DNA of 61,282 nt, filler included. It is 5 parts of 5 records of this genome, joined end to end, with 100 filler letters (N's around TTAATTAATTAA, not from the genome) between each part and the next. Parts side by side here need not be neighbours in the genome. Positions count along the whole stretch, not along the records: positions 13,525 to 23,323 come from SRR31156797_22171; positions 23,424 to 28,770 come from SRR31156797_22181; positions 28,871 to 44,800 come from SRR31156797_22202; 2 more parts are not named here. One strand, given 5' to 3'. The notes below the pieces were generated by a model. It was not told the origin of the DNA. It was given only the letters and a program-made list of their open reading frames with translations, and did no database searches. The number at the start of each line of letters is the position of its first letter. Positions within the stretch are counted from its first letter, which is position 1. Positions 18,684-29,351 of this stretch are shown here, piece by piece. The position numbers and the translations under genes are program-made.

Positions 18684-20159
18684 TTATGTTGCTTTATAAG
18701 CCGCAATCATTCTGTGTTTGCGTTTTAAATATTCTTTGGTAAAATAATTGATTAACCGGGGATGAAGAATAATTCCTGTTAATCCTATAACTCCTAAAAC
18801 TATGTATGCTGCAATATTTCCAAAAATTACAGCAACTAATCCGTAAACGGCCATTGGCCCAAAAAGAATTGGAAATGCAATAAGCCATTGTGTGGCACCC
18901 ATTCCCTGGTAATTAAACATGGAACGCTGCTCGAGATCGATCGATTTACGGCTGTTTAATCCGAGGGCGAAAATTACAAAACTGTTTACTCCAATATTGT
19001 AAAGCATAACCACCAAATGAATGTAAAGAACATTTGGATTAATATACATGTAACCCAGAGAAAGCAGGTAAAATACAATGTTGGTTGCAGCCATCAGGAA
19101 GAAAGCCGATTGCAGCACCTGTTTCATCTTAACATTTTGTGCCATTAAAAACGGATAGTATTTACTGTGCCATGCCGGGAAAAACTGGCCGTAAGTCATG
19201 CTGAAAATTCCGGTCATGAACATACCACCAAAAACAAATATAAATTCAGGAATCCCGTCATCGCCGGTTTCTTTATATAGGATTAATCCGTAAAAAATAA
19301 ACAGAATCGACATCATTGCGCTGGTTCTTGGCCGTTTGTTTCGTGCTATCATTTTTACCTCCAGCGAAAGCATTTTTCCGTATTCACCAATATTTTGTAA
19401 CCACGAGAAATCGTGCATTGAACCTTCTTTTTTCTTTTGCGAAAGTTCATCGAGAAAAAATCGGTTCCAGAGGTAATTATGATTTAAAAAATAGAGTGCT
19501 ATAATAAGCAATGGGAAAACCAGAACAGTAGCCGGATTTTGAATAATAAAGTCAAAAAATTCCCCAAATCCTGCAGTTAAATCAATAATATTGAAATAGT
19601 CGATAGCAAAAATCCCGGCTGCAAATGCCAGAAAACCATAAAAATATACATTCGATTCATTGGTTCTCCATTTAATATATATTGCAAGGAAATGATTTAC
19701 AAAAATCATAAAAAACAGCGATGCCAGCCAGGCAATTAGCACGTTTGTTTCGAGCTCGTTTACTGCCGATTTAAAAGTAAATGGCAGGATTAAAAATAAC
19801 GGTAAAATGTTAAAAAAGTGCAGCAACGATTTGTTGAGCATATATCTGGCAATTCGTTTTCGTTTAACCGGAATAATGAGAAACGGCTGAAATCCAAACG
19901 TTGGTAGGTTTTGTAACATTATTCTTAATACCAGTTCAAAGCCAACATATATAAAAATAAGTGAGTTGAATGCCGAAATCTGCGATTGCCCGGGAAAACT
20001 TCTCACCAGGTATTCGCTTAGGTTGAATCCCATCATTAGTGCAACCAGCGAAAAGTATAAGGCAAGAAATATAAGTACTCCTTTGGCTGCCATATTTTTT
20101 CGAAGGTAAGCCGAACGCGTAAGTTCACGCCAGGCAAAATAAAAAAAGCTTCGTTTCAT
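18684..20159 (-). CDS. ABC-2-type permease-like membrane protein (DUF5687-like)
   Basis: Polytopic membrane protein with RNKRPR and YGQFFPAWHSKYY motifs, next to the ABC ATPase. Confidence 0.75.
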   Translation of the reverse strand: MKRSFFYFAWRELTRSAYLRKNMAAKGVLIFLALYFSLVALMMGFNLSEYLVRSFPGQSQISAFNSLIFIYVGFELVLRIMLQNLPTFGFQPFLIIPVKRKRIARYMLNKSLLHFFNILPLFLILPFTFKSAVNELETNVLIAWLASLFFMIFVNHFLAIYIKWRTNESNVYFYGFLAFAAGIFAIDYFNIIDLTAGFGEFFDFIIQNPATVLVFPLLIIALYFLNHNYLWNRFFLDELSQKKKEGSMHDFSWLQNIGEYGKMLSLEVKMIARNKRPRTSAMMSILFIFYGLILYKETGDDGIPEFIFVFGGMFMTGIFSMTYGQFFPAWHSKYYPFLMAQNVKMKQVLQSAFFLMAATNIVFYLLSLGYMYINPNVLYIHLVVMLYNIGVNSFVIFALGLNSRKSIDLEQRSMFNYQGMGATQWLIAFPILFGPMAVYGLVAVIFGNIAAYIVLGVIGLTGIILHPRLINYFTKEYLKRKHRMIAAYKAT

Positions 20160-20230
20160 ATTAATTAAAAGTGAGTTATTCGTTTTTTGGTATTTAGATG
20201 TATTTAGTTTGTATGTGTATTTTCAATTCA

Positions 20231-20938
20231 TTACACTGCAAATTCAGGGAATTGCTCGTGGAAATGTTCTTTGATTTTTGCAGGAATATAGAAAAAATAA
20301 CCTGTAAGGATAATATTTAAACTAACCATTAAAAATGATATCAGAAATAACGCCCAATTTTGATGAACCGATTGCATGTCTAAAGTTCTACCAATATTAA
20401 AAATGTTTATCGGAGTTTGACTTAACAATAAAACTGCAATTTGTACTTGTTTTATTTGTTCAAGAAGCATGAATTTTTTCCCCTGTTTTATTTTAATCTT
20501 TAGTTGTTTCTGCGTAACCAAATAGTAGTATAGAATTCCGCCAATAGTGAGCAAAATAAAATAAGGAACGATTACCCATGTTATATTATTTGCAATTTTA
20601 AATAAGGTGAATAAAGCCATTGTTCCGGCGAGAGTCATTAACATTTTAGGCCAACGATAAAAGTCGAACAGGTAATTCCATAATTGCCGATTATATTTTC
20701 GTGCCAGTTCTTTTTGTTTTTGCACTTTTATTTTGCTGAATCCGTGAATGCCAAATTTATTAAATGAATATTTTAACGCATCTTCGAACGATAGATTCGA
20801 ATTGGTTTCCCATTGTTCTTCGATTGCAGAAGCCAGGTGATCGACCAGTTCTACTTGTAAATCGTAATGATATACATAATGATTGTGGCAAAAATCAAAC
20901 AGTTTATCGGTTTCTTCGGTGGTAATGGTTCGGTTCAT
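20231..20938 (-). CDS. Membrane protein with an N-terminal ELVDHL helical domain (PadR-associated)
   Basis: YDLQVELVDHLASAIE followed by about four TM helices; abuts padR. Confidence 0.7.
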   Translation of the reverse strand: MNRTITTEETDKLFDFCHNHYVYHYDLQVELVDHLASAIEEQWETNSNLSFEDALKYSFNKFGIHGFSKIKVQKQKELARKYNRQLWNYLFDFYRWPKMLMTLAGTMALFTLFKIANNITWVIVPYFILLTIGGILYYYLVTQKQLKIKIKQGKKFMLLEQIKQVQIAVLLLSQTPINIFNIGRTLDMQSVHQNWALFLISFLMVSLNIILTGYFFYIPAKIKEHFHEQFPEFAV

Positions 20939-21271
20939 TTAAGTGAGTTTTGGGTTAAGCAGAATATCCATATTTTGTATAAATGCTTTCATTTCATTTA
21001 ACATGCTGACCGTTTCTTTTTTTCCATTTTCGGTAAGAAAATAATACTTTCTTGGGCGATTATTTACCTTTTTAATTTCTACACTTAATAGTCCTTTTGC
21101 CTCCAGCTTGTGTAAAGTTGGGTAAAGTGCACCCTCTGTAATCTTTAACTCACCCGAAGTAATTTTTTCTACTTCGCGGGTAATCTGGTAACCATACATT
21201 TTATTTTTATCGTGAAGTAATTTTAAAATAATGGTCGACAAACTTCCTTTATATAAATTACTGTTGTGCAT
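20939..21271 (-). CDS. PadR-family regulator
   Basis: MYGYQIT, EGALYPTLHKLE and RPRKYYFLT motifs. Confidence 0.95.
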   Translation of the reverse strand: MHNSNLYKGSLSTIILKLLHDKNKMYGYQITREVEKITSGELKITEGALYPTLHKLEAKGLLSVEIKKVNNRPRKYYFLTENGKKETVSMLNEMKAFIQNMDILLNPKLT

Positions 21272-21291
21272 CAGATAAAAATACTAAAAAC

Positions 21292-21318
21292 TGAATACAT
21301 AAGAAACTTAGGTGTTCA
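21292..21318. promoter_or_regulatory. Putative PadR operator
   Basis: TGAATACATAAG-AAA-CTTAGGTGTTCA imperfect inverted repeat 20 bp upstream of padR. Confidence 0.55.
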
Positions 21319-21345
21319 TTTTTTTAATGTTTTGCAAAATATTTT

Positions 21346-22293
21346 TTATTTCAGAATATCAGTTAAGGTTACTCCGTCTTTAAACCGAAAAATTTCTCCT
21401 TCGGTATTAAAAATTTCAACTAAAACTACATAAATCCCAATTGGTTGGCATTGTCTGGTTTCATCTTCTCCGTTCCAAGTAATTTCGCCGGTTGTTCCTA
21501 ATATTTTATTTTTAACTAAATCGTGGATATAGCGGCCTTTCGAATCAAAAATCTTAACGTTGCATAAATATCCTGGCTTTTCAAGTTCGTATTTAATTTT
21601 AAATTCGTCGTTATATCCATCGAAATTAGGTGAGAATGAATCGGGTTCGAAGGTAATTTTAGACTGAATTATATTTTGAATTTTGGCCTGTGAATTTTTA
21701 TAACCCGGTGTTCCATACCCCGATTCGGTGCTTGCCGAAGTCCAGTTTTCCAGTGAGTTGGTTTCTTTTGTAAATGAAATTCGTTCCAAAGAAATTCCTT
21801 CAACATCAGAGAGTAATGGGTTGTGAAAATCTTCAGTATAAAACAGCTCATCAATAATTTCGATGTTTTCGTTTAATAAAACCACGTAATCATCATCGTT
21901 ATTAAATGACGGCATTTTGTCTATTTGCTGAAAACATGTTCTACATTCAATAAAAAAGAATGGATAAACAGCATTGGTGTCTTTTGTAAATACGATGTAT
22001 TCATTTGCTTTTATCGAAACGTTTTTACCCGACAAATTATAAATCTGTGTTAACTCCAGGTTTTTGTCGCGCGAGGCCAAAAAGAGTTTATTCAATTGAA
22101 ATTCTTTTTCTGAAAGATTATAAATTTCAACATAATCTGCACCATCGGGAAACGGATTAAATAAAACCTCATTTAGTATTAAATCACCTTTCTCAGGGAT
22201 TGGAAAATCTTCCGGAAGAAAATGCTGTGCAATTACCGGGTTAACAATCGTGAGCAAAGTGATTGTTAAGAATTCTACGATATTTCTAACCAT
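21346..22293 (-). CDS. Lamin-tail-domain protein with gliding-motility/T9SS type B C-terminal domain
   Basis: ILNEVLFNP..DYVEIYN, SLERI..GTPG..NS and FSPNFDGYNDEF..WNG motifs. Confidence 0.8.
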   Translation of the reverse strand: MVRNIVEFLTITLLTIVNPVIAQHFLPEDFPIPEKGDLILNEVLFNPFPDGADYVEIYNLSEKEFQLNKLFLASRDKNLELTQIYNLSGKNVSIKANEYIVFTKDTNAVYPFFFIECRTCFQQIDKMPSFNNDDDYVVLLNENIEIIDELFYTEDFHNPLLSDVEGISLERISFTKETNSLENWTSASTESGYGTPGYKNSQAKIQNIIQSKITFEPDSFSPNFDGYNDEFKIKYELEKPGYLCNVKIFDSKGRYIHDLVKNKILGTTGEITWNGEDETRQCQPIGIYVVLVEIFNTEGEIFRFKDGVTLTDILK

Positions 22294-22375
22294 CACATTT
22301 ACAATTAAAAGCAAAATAGTAATTTTACCCCGATTATTTATTTAAGCAGACTTATTTTAACAAAAAAAAATTACG

Positions 22376-23323
22376 ATGAAAGTTGCAATTGTAGGAGCGA
22401 GTGGTGCTGTAGGACAAGAATTCCTGCAGGTTCTTGCTGAACGGGATTTCCCGATGGATGAGTTGGTATTGTTTGGTTCGGCAAGGAGTGCCGGAAATGT
22501 ATATGAATTCAAAGGAAAAAAACTGGCGGTTAAAGAATTAAAACACGGCGACGATTTTAAAGACATTGATATTGCCCTGACTTCGGCTGGTGCCAGTATT
22601 TCAAAAGAATATGCTACTACAATTACAAAACACGGTGCAATAATGATTGATAATTCCAGTGCATTTCGTTATGTCGACGATGTGCCGCTGGTAGTTCCTG
22701 AAGTGAATGCTGAAGATTCAAAAAATCGGCCGAGAAATATTATTGCTAATCCGAACTGTTCAACCATCCAGATGGTGGTGGCGTTAAAACCCATTGAGGA
22801 TTTATCGAAAATTAAAAGAGTTCGTGTTGCTACATATCAGGCAGCCAGTGGTGCAGGAGCCCAGGGAATTGCAGAGTTAGAACAGCAAATTAAAGACGTA
22901 GCAAATGGCAACGAACTTACAGTTGATAAATTTGCACATCAGCTGGCAATGAATATTATCCCTCACATCGATGTTTTCCTTGAAAACGATTATACAAAGG
23001 AAGAGATGAAAATGAACTGGGAGACTAAAAAAATAATGCACACCGATGCTGAGGTTAGCGCAACCTGTGTTCGTATTCCAGTGGCCCGTGCACATTCTGA
23101 AGCCATTTGGGTAGAAACAGAAAAACCACTTTCTATTGAAGCAGTTAAAGATGCATTTGAAAATTTTGATGGTTTAACAGTAATAGATAAACCGGCAGAA
23201 AATCAATATCCAATGCCATTATTTGTTTCGGGTAAAGACGATGTTTATGTGGGAAGAATCAGAAAAGATGTTACCGATCCGAACAGTTTAACTTTTTGGT
23301 GTGTTGGCGACCAGATTAAAAAA
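22376..23323 (+). CDS. asd: Aspartate-semialdehyde dehydrogenase (3' truncated)
   Basis: [30 protein letters not shown] and TYQAASGAG motifs. Confidence 0.97.
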
Positions 23324-23423
23324 NNNNNNNNNNNNNNNNNNNNNNNNNNNNNNNNNNNNNNNNNNNNTTAATTAATTAANNNNNNNNNNNNNNNNNNNNN
23401 NNNNNNNNNNNNNNNNNNNNNNN
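23324..23423. other. Artificial contig linker
   Basis: N44-TTAATTAATTAA-N44. Confidence 0.98.
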
Positions 23424-23867
23424 TTGGATGCGTTTGAACACTATCTTTCCGATTGCAGCGGCGTTCGCGTTGTACGTGCAAAAAATAAGATGCCGCTCAA
23501 CGCAGGCACCTGTTACCTCCTCAATGGAGATGAATACGTAACCCTCTCCCGACACAACGACGCCACACTTTTTTGCATTCATCCCAACCCCTTTCCCGGT
23601 CGACGAGGATCCATCAATATGATGATGTTCTCACTGGCCGAAATGTATAAAACGAATGCCACCGGAATTGTTTTGTCCGGCGCGAAGGAGGACGGAGCAG
23701 AAGGGCTCAGAGAGATAAAGCGACATGGAGGCAGCACCTTCGTTCAGGCTCCGGACACCTGCCTGTATAAGGAGATGCCCCTTTCAGCAATTCAAAGTTG
23801 CGAAAAGAATAATATCGTTTCCTGTATGCAGATTGCAAATAGAATCAATACTGCCTTTTTCAACTAG
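23424..23867 (+). CDS. cheB: CheB methylesterase domain, C-terminal part (5' truncated)
   Basis: SINMMMFSLAE, GIVLSGAKEDGAEGL and QAPDTCLYKEMP motifs. Confidence 0.82.
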   Translation: MDAFEHYLSDCSGVRVVRAKNKMPLNAGTCYLLNGDEYVTLSRHNDATLFCIHPNPFPGRRGSINMMMFSLAEMYKTNATGIVLSGAKEDGAEGLREIKRHGGSTFVQAPDTCLYKEMPLSAIQSCEKNNIVSCMQIANRINTAFFN

Positions 23868-23897
23868 TTCTTGTTCAATCAAGGAGGACAAAAAGTC

Positions 23898-26537
23898 ATG
23901 TTTAGAAATCTTAAATTGAAAACAAAGATGCTTATCGTCGGTAGCATCCTTACGGTATTGCCGCTGATTGTATTCGGTCTGTTCGTTTTCAACCAGAATG
24001 CAAAGACGATTAAGGTTGCAACGTCTGAAAGTATCAAACTTGCAACCACCGACCTCGACCATATCGCAGAGGGCGTCTACCGAATGGCTGAAACGCAGAA
24101 CGAAGTACTACTGAAAGCAGTGCGAAGCTATCTGAATGTTGCCAGAGACACTGTTTCGAACCTGGGTGGCATTTCATTCGCCCGGGAATCAATTTCCTGG
24201 ACGGCCATCAACCAGTACAACAAGGCCGCTACACAGGTTCATTTGCCGAAAATGCTTGTTGGAAACACCTGGTTGGGAAAAACAAACGACTTGAATACCA
24301 GGGTTCCCGTGGTCGACCATGTTCAGGAACTCGCTGAAGGTGTAACCTGTACGGTGTTTCAAAAAATGAACGGCAACGGTGATATGCTAAGGATCGCCAC
24401 CAATGTCATCAAAACAGACGGCAGCAGAGCCATCGGCACCTATATTCCTAAAACCAATCCGGATGGATCCGACAACCCTGTGATCTCAACCATTTTACGC
24501 GGACAAACTTTTAACGGAAGAGCCTTCGTCGTCAACAAATGGTACCTGACTGCGTATGAGCCTATCTATGGGAAGGATAACAGTATTGTCGGCGTTCTCT
24601 ACGTCGGTATTCCACAGGAATCAACCCAACACCTGCGGCAAGCCATCATGGACATTAAAATCGGTTCAACCGGTTATCTTTGGGTGCTGAACAGCCAGGG
24701 ACAATACGTCATTTCACAAGACGGAAAACGTGACGGGGAAGATATTTCCGCTGCCAAAGACGCTACCGGGAAATTGTTCGTTCAGGATATGGTGAACAAG
24801 GGGCTCGCGCTCAATCCCGGTGAGTTTGCAGAACACCATTATGATTGGAAAAATGCTGGGGATCAGATGCCGCGCACGAAATTCGCCAGAATCATGTATT
24901 TTGAACCCTGGGATTGGGTTATCGGTGCAGGGTCCTATGAAGATGAATTCCTTGGTGGTGCTAAAGCCATTGAAAACATGGCCGACAGAAGCTTCATGGT
25001 TTTGATTGCAGTAATCCTCCTCTCTCTTGTCTCTTCTGTTCTTATCTGGCTACTTGTCTCTTCCGGTATCGCCAAACCCATTGTAACTATCGTTGAAGCC
25101 ATTAAAAAGGTTGCTGAAACCCGAGACTTAACCATCGAAGTACCGACAGGCGGCCGCGATGAAGTTGGAATCATGGCTCGACAGTTCAACCGAATGCTCA
25201 AACTGCTGCGAAATTCTTTTGTTCTTGTCAACCAGGCCGCCACCAATGTCGACTCCCATGCCCAGGATGTGTATCAGCGGGCTACGGCGAACCGGAAACG
25301 TGCCCAGGATCAGGAAGAAAAAATGAAGAAGATGCGTGAAATCGTGGAGCAGATGAAAGCCACTGCAGGCGAGGTTGCGACTGCATCCAACGACCAGAGA
25401 GAAGCGGCAACGTCATCTAGCAAGACCGTAGAGGGGCTCATGGCCGGAATGAAGTCCGTCTCGGAATCTTCCTCCAGCCAGGTTGAAGAGGCAGGCAGTG
25501 CCAACGAAAGGGTGGAAGCCATGGGCGAAACCGGATCGAAGGTTGTGCAAACCGCCCAGAACCAGGGCCGGCAAGTGAAAGCTGTAACTGAAGCCGTTTC
25601 CGGCATGAACAACTCCATGACGGCACTCAACGATGCAACTTCGAAAGCCAAGGATTTTGCAAACTCGACACTTCAGGCGGTGGATGAAGGGAAAAACTCG
25701 GTTGAAGCGACCGTTGAGGGTATGCGGGCCATTTCCGAATCTTCCGATCAAATTTCCGAAATCATCACCGTGATCACCGAAATTGCGGAACAGACCAACC
25801 TCCTTTCCCTGAACGCAGCTATCGAAGCTGCCCGCGCCGGATCTCACGGTAAAGGCTTTGCCGTTGTTGCCGATGAAGTGGGAAAACTTGCCCAACGGTC
25901 ATCCGAAGCAGCCAAAGAGATCACCCAGTTGATCAAAGACTCTGTTGAAAGAGTTGCCGAAGGTACCAAGTTGTCGGATCAGTCAAGAATGGCCCTTGAG
26001 AAAATCGCCGAAGGTGGTGGAACAAACCTGAAAGCGATCGGTGATATCTCTGCCGCGGCTGAGGTCTTATCGGAAGGGACTCAAAAAGTGGATGATATGA
26101 TGAAAGTCCTCAACCAGATGGCTGAAAAGATCGCAAACATGGCCGGCCAGCAGGGTGAACGACGTTCGGCGGCTCAGGAAGCACTTCATGCACTAACTGA
26201 AAAAGCAAACACGATTTTCGAGTCGATCGACAGCGCGAACCGTGAAGTCTCCGAAATTGGTGAACGCATGTCAACGGTGGTGGACCAGTCCGACAAAATG
26301 AAAGAGATGACTGCCGCGCAGGCCGAACGTTCCAGGACGCTGACGAAAATCACAACGATTTCTGCCGAAGCGTCGGTTCAGACCCTGCAGGGTGCAGGCG
26401 AGGTTGTGGGTATTACCGAAGAACTGCGGAAGCTGTCAACGGGAATGAGCGAACAGATCAAGCAATTCAAGATTTCCGCTCACAGGGATGGATCTAAATC
26501 TTCAACGCCCATGGAATCCCCGGCCAAAGGAGGCTGA
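23898..26537 (+). CDS. Methyl-accepting chemotaxis protein (Cache3/Cache2 fusion + Cache + HAMP + long signalling domain)
   Basis: Two TM helices; [32 protein letters not shown] and [20 protein letters not shown] motifs. Confidence 0.95.
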   Translation: MFRNLKLKTKMLIVGSILTVLPLIVFGLFVFNQNAKTIKVATSESIKLATTDLDHIAEGVYRMAETQNEVLLKAVRSYLNVARDTVSNLGGISFARESISWTAINQYNKAATQVHLPKMLVGNTWLGKTNDLNTRVPVVDHVQELAEGVTCTVFQKMNGNGDMLRIATNVIKTDGSRAIGTYIPKTNPDGSDNPVISTILRGQTFNGRAFVVNKWYLTAYEPIYGKDNSIVGVLYVGIPQESTQHLRQAIMDIKIGSTGYLWVLNSQGQYVISQDGKRDGEDISAAKDATGKLFVQDMVNKGLALNPGEFAEHHYDWKNAGDQMPRTKFARIMYFEPWDWVIGAGSYEDEFLGGAKAIENMADRSFMVLIAVILLSLVSSVLIWLLVSSGIAKPIVTIVEAIKKVAETRDLTIEVPTGGRDEVGIMARQFNRMLKLLRNSFVLVNQAATNVDSHAQDVYQRATANRKRAQDQEEKMKKMREIVEQMKATAGEVATASNDQREAATSSSKTVEGLMAGMKSVSESSSSQVEEAGSANERVEAMGETGSKVVQTAQNQGRQVKAVTEAVSGMNNSMTALNDATSKAKDFANSTLQAVDEGKNSVEATVEGMRAISESSDQISEIITVITEIAEQTNLLSLNAAIEAARAGSHGKGFAVVADEVGKLAQRSSEAAKEITQLIKDSVERVAEGTKLSDQSRMALEKIAEGGGTNLKAIGDISAAAEVLSEGTQKVDDMMKVLNQMAEKIANMAGQQGERRSAAQEALHALTEKANTIFESIDSANREVSEIGERMSTVVDQSDKMKEMTAAQAERSRTLTKITTISAEASVQTLQGAGEVVGITEELRKLSTGMSEQIKQFKISAHRDGSKSSTPMESPAKGG

Positions 26538-26541
26538 AACA

Positions 26542-27102
26542 ATGGAAGAGACCACCATTTCACCGGAAAATCAGGGCAGGGACATAGAGAAAGCGATGCA
26601 GCTTGTCGGGTTCAATATCGGCAGCGAGCTCTTCGGCGTCAACATCCTGAGCGTCCAGGAAATCATCCGGACAACACCGATCACGCCGATCCCGGACTCT
26701 CCGGATTTCATCGAAGGAGTCATCAACCTGAGGGGAAGCATCATTCCGGTTATCGACCTTCGGAAGCGGCTAAACCTTTTGACCAATGATTTTGATAAAA
26801 ACAACCTTTGGATCGTGATCCTGAATGTGGACAGCCGAGTCACCGGTTTTATCGTCGATCACGTTACCCAGGTGTTGAAAATCAAGGCGGATATCATCAA
26901 GCCGGCGCCGGATATTGTCGTTGCCGGTCTTCAAAGCCAATATATCAGTGGCGTCTGCAAAATCGATGAAAATCTTCTGGTTTTGCTCGATTTCAACCAG
27001 ATCCTGAGAATCGATGAAATTAAAAAGCTGAAGGCACTTCGTTATCACAGCACTTTTTCTCACGATGATATCGAAAGCAAAAGCCATCAAGCTGCGGTAT
27101 GA
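26542..27102 (+). CDS. cheW: CheW
   Basis: FGVNILSVQEII, GVINLRGSIIPVIDLR and GFIVD motifs. Confidence 0.95.
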   Translation: MEETTISPENQGRDIEKAMQLVGFNIGSELFGVNILSVQEIIRTTPITPIPDSPDFIEGVINLRGSIIPVIDLRKRLNLLTNDFDKNNLWIVILNVDSRVTGFIVDHVTQVLKIKADIIKPAPDIVVAGLQSQYISGVCKIDENLLVLLDFNQILRIDEIKKLKALRYHSTFSHDDIESKSHQAAV

Positions 27103-27197
27103 CGTTTAGGATTGGGAAGGAAATGATAATAATTCCCAATTCTTTCTATTGTAACACCCCGGTGAATTCGTGTTGTTGAATGAAAGGTGATTGTAAA

Positions 27198-27578
27198 ATG
27201 GGCATGTGTATCCTTGTCGTCGACGATTCATCCATAATGCGTAAAATGATAAAAAGAACCCTTCATGCCGGTGGCCACGAACTTCTGGGTGAAGCGAAGA
27301 GCGGGTATGAAGCAATCGAAATGTACAAATCCCTGGATCCCGATCTGGTTACGATGGACATTACGATGCGCGGGATGGATGGGTTCGAGGCGGCGAAGGA
27401 AATCCTGAAGTTCGACGCATCCGCCCTTATTGTATTCCTATCAAACTTAGAGAAGGAAACCTACAGTGAGGACGCAATGCGACTGGGTGCCAAAGGCTAT
27501 CTTTCAAAGCACGACCCGGAAAAAATTCTCAGTTTACTCCGGGAGCTTGAATTGCCTTGCCACGCCGAGACCGCGTAA
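27198..27578 (+). CDS. cheY: CheY-like single-domain response regulator
   Basis: ILVVDDSSIMR, PDLVTMDITM..MDG and a conserved Lys (YLSKHDP). Confidence 0.85.
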   Translation: MGMCILVVDDSSIMRKMIKRTLHAGGHELLGEAKSGYEAIEMYKSLDPDLVTMDITMRGMDGFEAAKEILKFDASALIVFLSNLEKETYSEDAMRLGAKGYLSKHDPEKILSLLRELELPCHAETA

Positions 27579-27590
27579 AAGGAGAAAGTC

Positions 27591-28770
27591 ATGACAGATT
27601 CCTCATTGCTTCAGGATTTTATTACGGAGACGACCGAACACCTGGAGGAGATGGAAGACAGTCTTCTCCATTTGGAAAAATCTCCTGAAAATTTTGAACT
27701 AATAAACAGCATTTTCCGCAATGTCCATACCATAAAAGGTTCAGCTGAATATCTTGGCATGCAGAAAATATCCGATCTTACACACAATTTAGAAAGTCTG
27801 ATGGATCGAATCAGAAACGGAGATCTGGGCATCAATCGGGATATCATCGATATCCTCATCTCTGCAGGAGATGTGATCAGCAGCCTGGTCGAAGACCTGC
27901 TGAACGAACAGGAGGAAAAAACTTCCATCGATGGTCCCCTTGCTCAGATTGCTCGTATTATGGAAAATGTCGGCAGTACCGGCCCGGCACAGACCGTTGA
28001 TAAAAAAATGGAGTCCGCACTGCCCAGCATGGATGAAGAGTTTGATGAAGAGCTCTATGTCATCTTTGTCCAAAACCTGAGAGAAGGCCTGACAGAGTTC
28101 AACCAGACCGTTTCCAGACTGGTGTCTGACAGCAACCCCGCAACAACGCAGGACGCTTGCCTCGCTGTGATTGACAGCCTGGCATCCTCTGCCAATTACA
28201 TGGGCTATGATCAGCTTTCCGCCTTGTATGAAGACCTAAAATCGGGTGTTAAAAGGCTGCAGAACCCCTCTTCCGACCCTACAAATCAAAACCGTACACA
28301 AGCGGTAGAAGCAATTGAAAACCGGGTACTCGAAATCTGTAATCTATTCGACATCAACAGACCGGATCTGGGTATTCCGGAAATGGTCATTGAGGAAAAC
28401 ACCTCTTCGGACAACGCATTTCCTGTTGATTTCCCGGATGAAGAGGCGTTGCTGATGGAGATCGATGAAGCCTTTTTAGAGGAGCCTCCTTCAACAAATG
28501 TGACAAAAGCAGATGAGATCACCCCACATTCGATAGGAGAGACCGGACGCCCGTCAGAGGAAGCCGAACCTGGTGACATTTATGAAGAGGACTATGATTC
28601 AGAGCTTTACGACATCTTTATGCAACAGCTCGAAGAAGATTTCGAATGGTATAAAAATGACGTGGAAATGTTGGTGGCATCGGCAGATCCCGGTGAAACA
28701 AACAAGGAGACCATCGATCGCTGGAAAAACAAGCTCGAATCACTGAAATCAAGCGCCAATTATATGGGAT
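27591..28770 (+). CDS. cheA: CheA-like kinase, N-terminal part: HPt plus two His-less HPt-like repeats (3' truncated)
   Basis: IFRNVHTIKGSAEYLG P1 motif; repeats IDSLASSANYMG and LESLKSSANYMG; position in a che operon. Confidence 0.8.
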
Positions 28771-28870
28771 NNNNNNNNNNNNNNNNNNNNNNNNNNNNNN
28801 NNNNNNNNNNNNNNTTAATTAATTAANNNNNNNNNNNNNNNNNNNNNNNNNNNNNNNNNNNNNNNNNNNN
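28771..28870. other. Artificial contig linker
   Basis: N44-TTAATTAATTAA-N44. Confidence 0.98.
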
Positions 28871-29351
28871 GATTTCATGCACGCTTGCCGAAAACACACC
28901 TTTTATAATACTGTTCCATCTTGTTGATAGATTATCTGCTACAGGACCCGCGTCCTGATTTATTGCCCCACCAAAGCCAGATAAATCTGTATCACTAATA
29001 AAATGCTGAGTGGTGGTATAGTGCCCCCGTTGCGAATCGATCGAACATATCTCTACCATAATCGCTTGTCATCGTTACCGCAACATCTTGGCCATTAGCA
29101 TAAAAATAAAGCTTTAAGTTCCTGTCCCCATATTTTCACTTCCACCTGCTGCGTTAGCAAGGACTTGCAGATGAAAGCATCCGACTCGTGTAAGGTATAA
29201 ACCTTAAATTTACTTGATTTTCTTCGAAAAATTGTGTTGGCTAGACAGTCAATTATGAAATGTGTATATGCTAATATGTTTATAATTTCCATATAGGGGC
29301 GGTTGCACTTCGCCATCTCAAACATGCGATGCTCGCGGCACAACCACGGTG

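Noticed and set aside
28871-29340. Minus-strand ORFs 28823-29059 and 29095-29511
   Set aside because: No recognisable motifs; possibly pieces of a decayed gene, but unsupported without BLASTX
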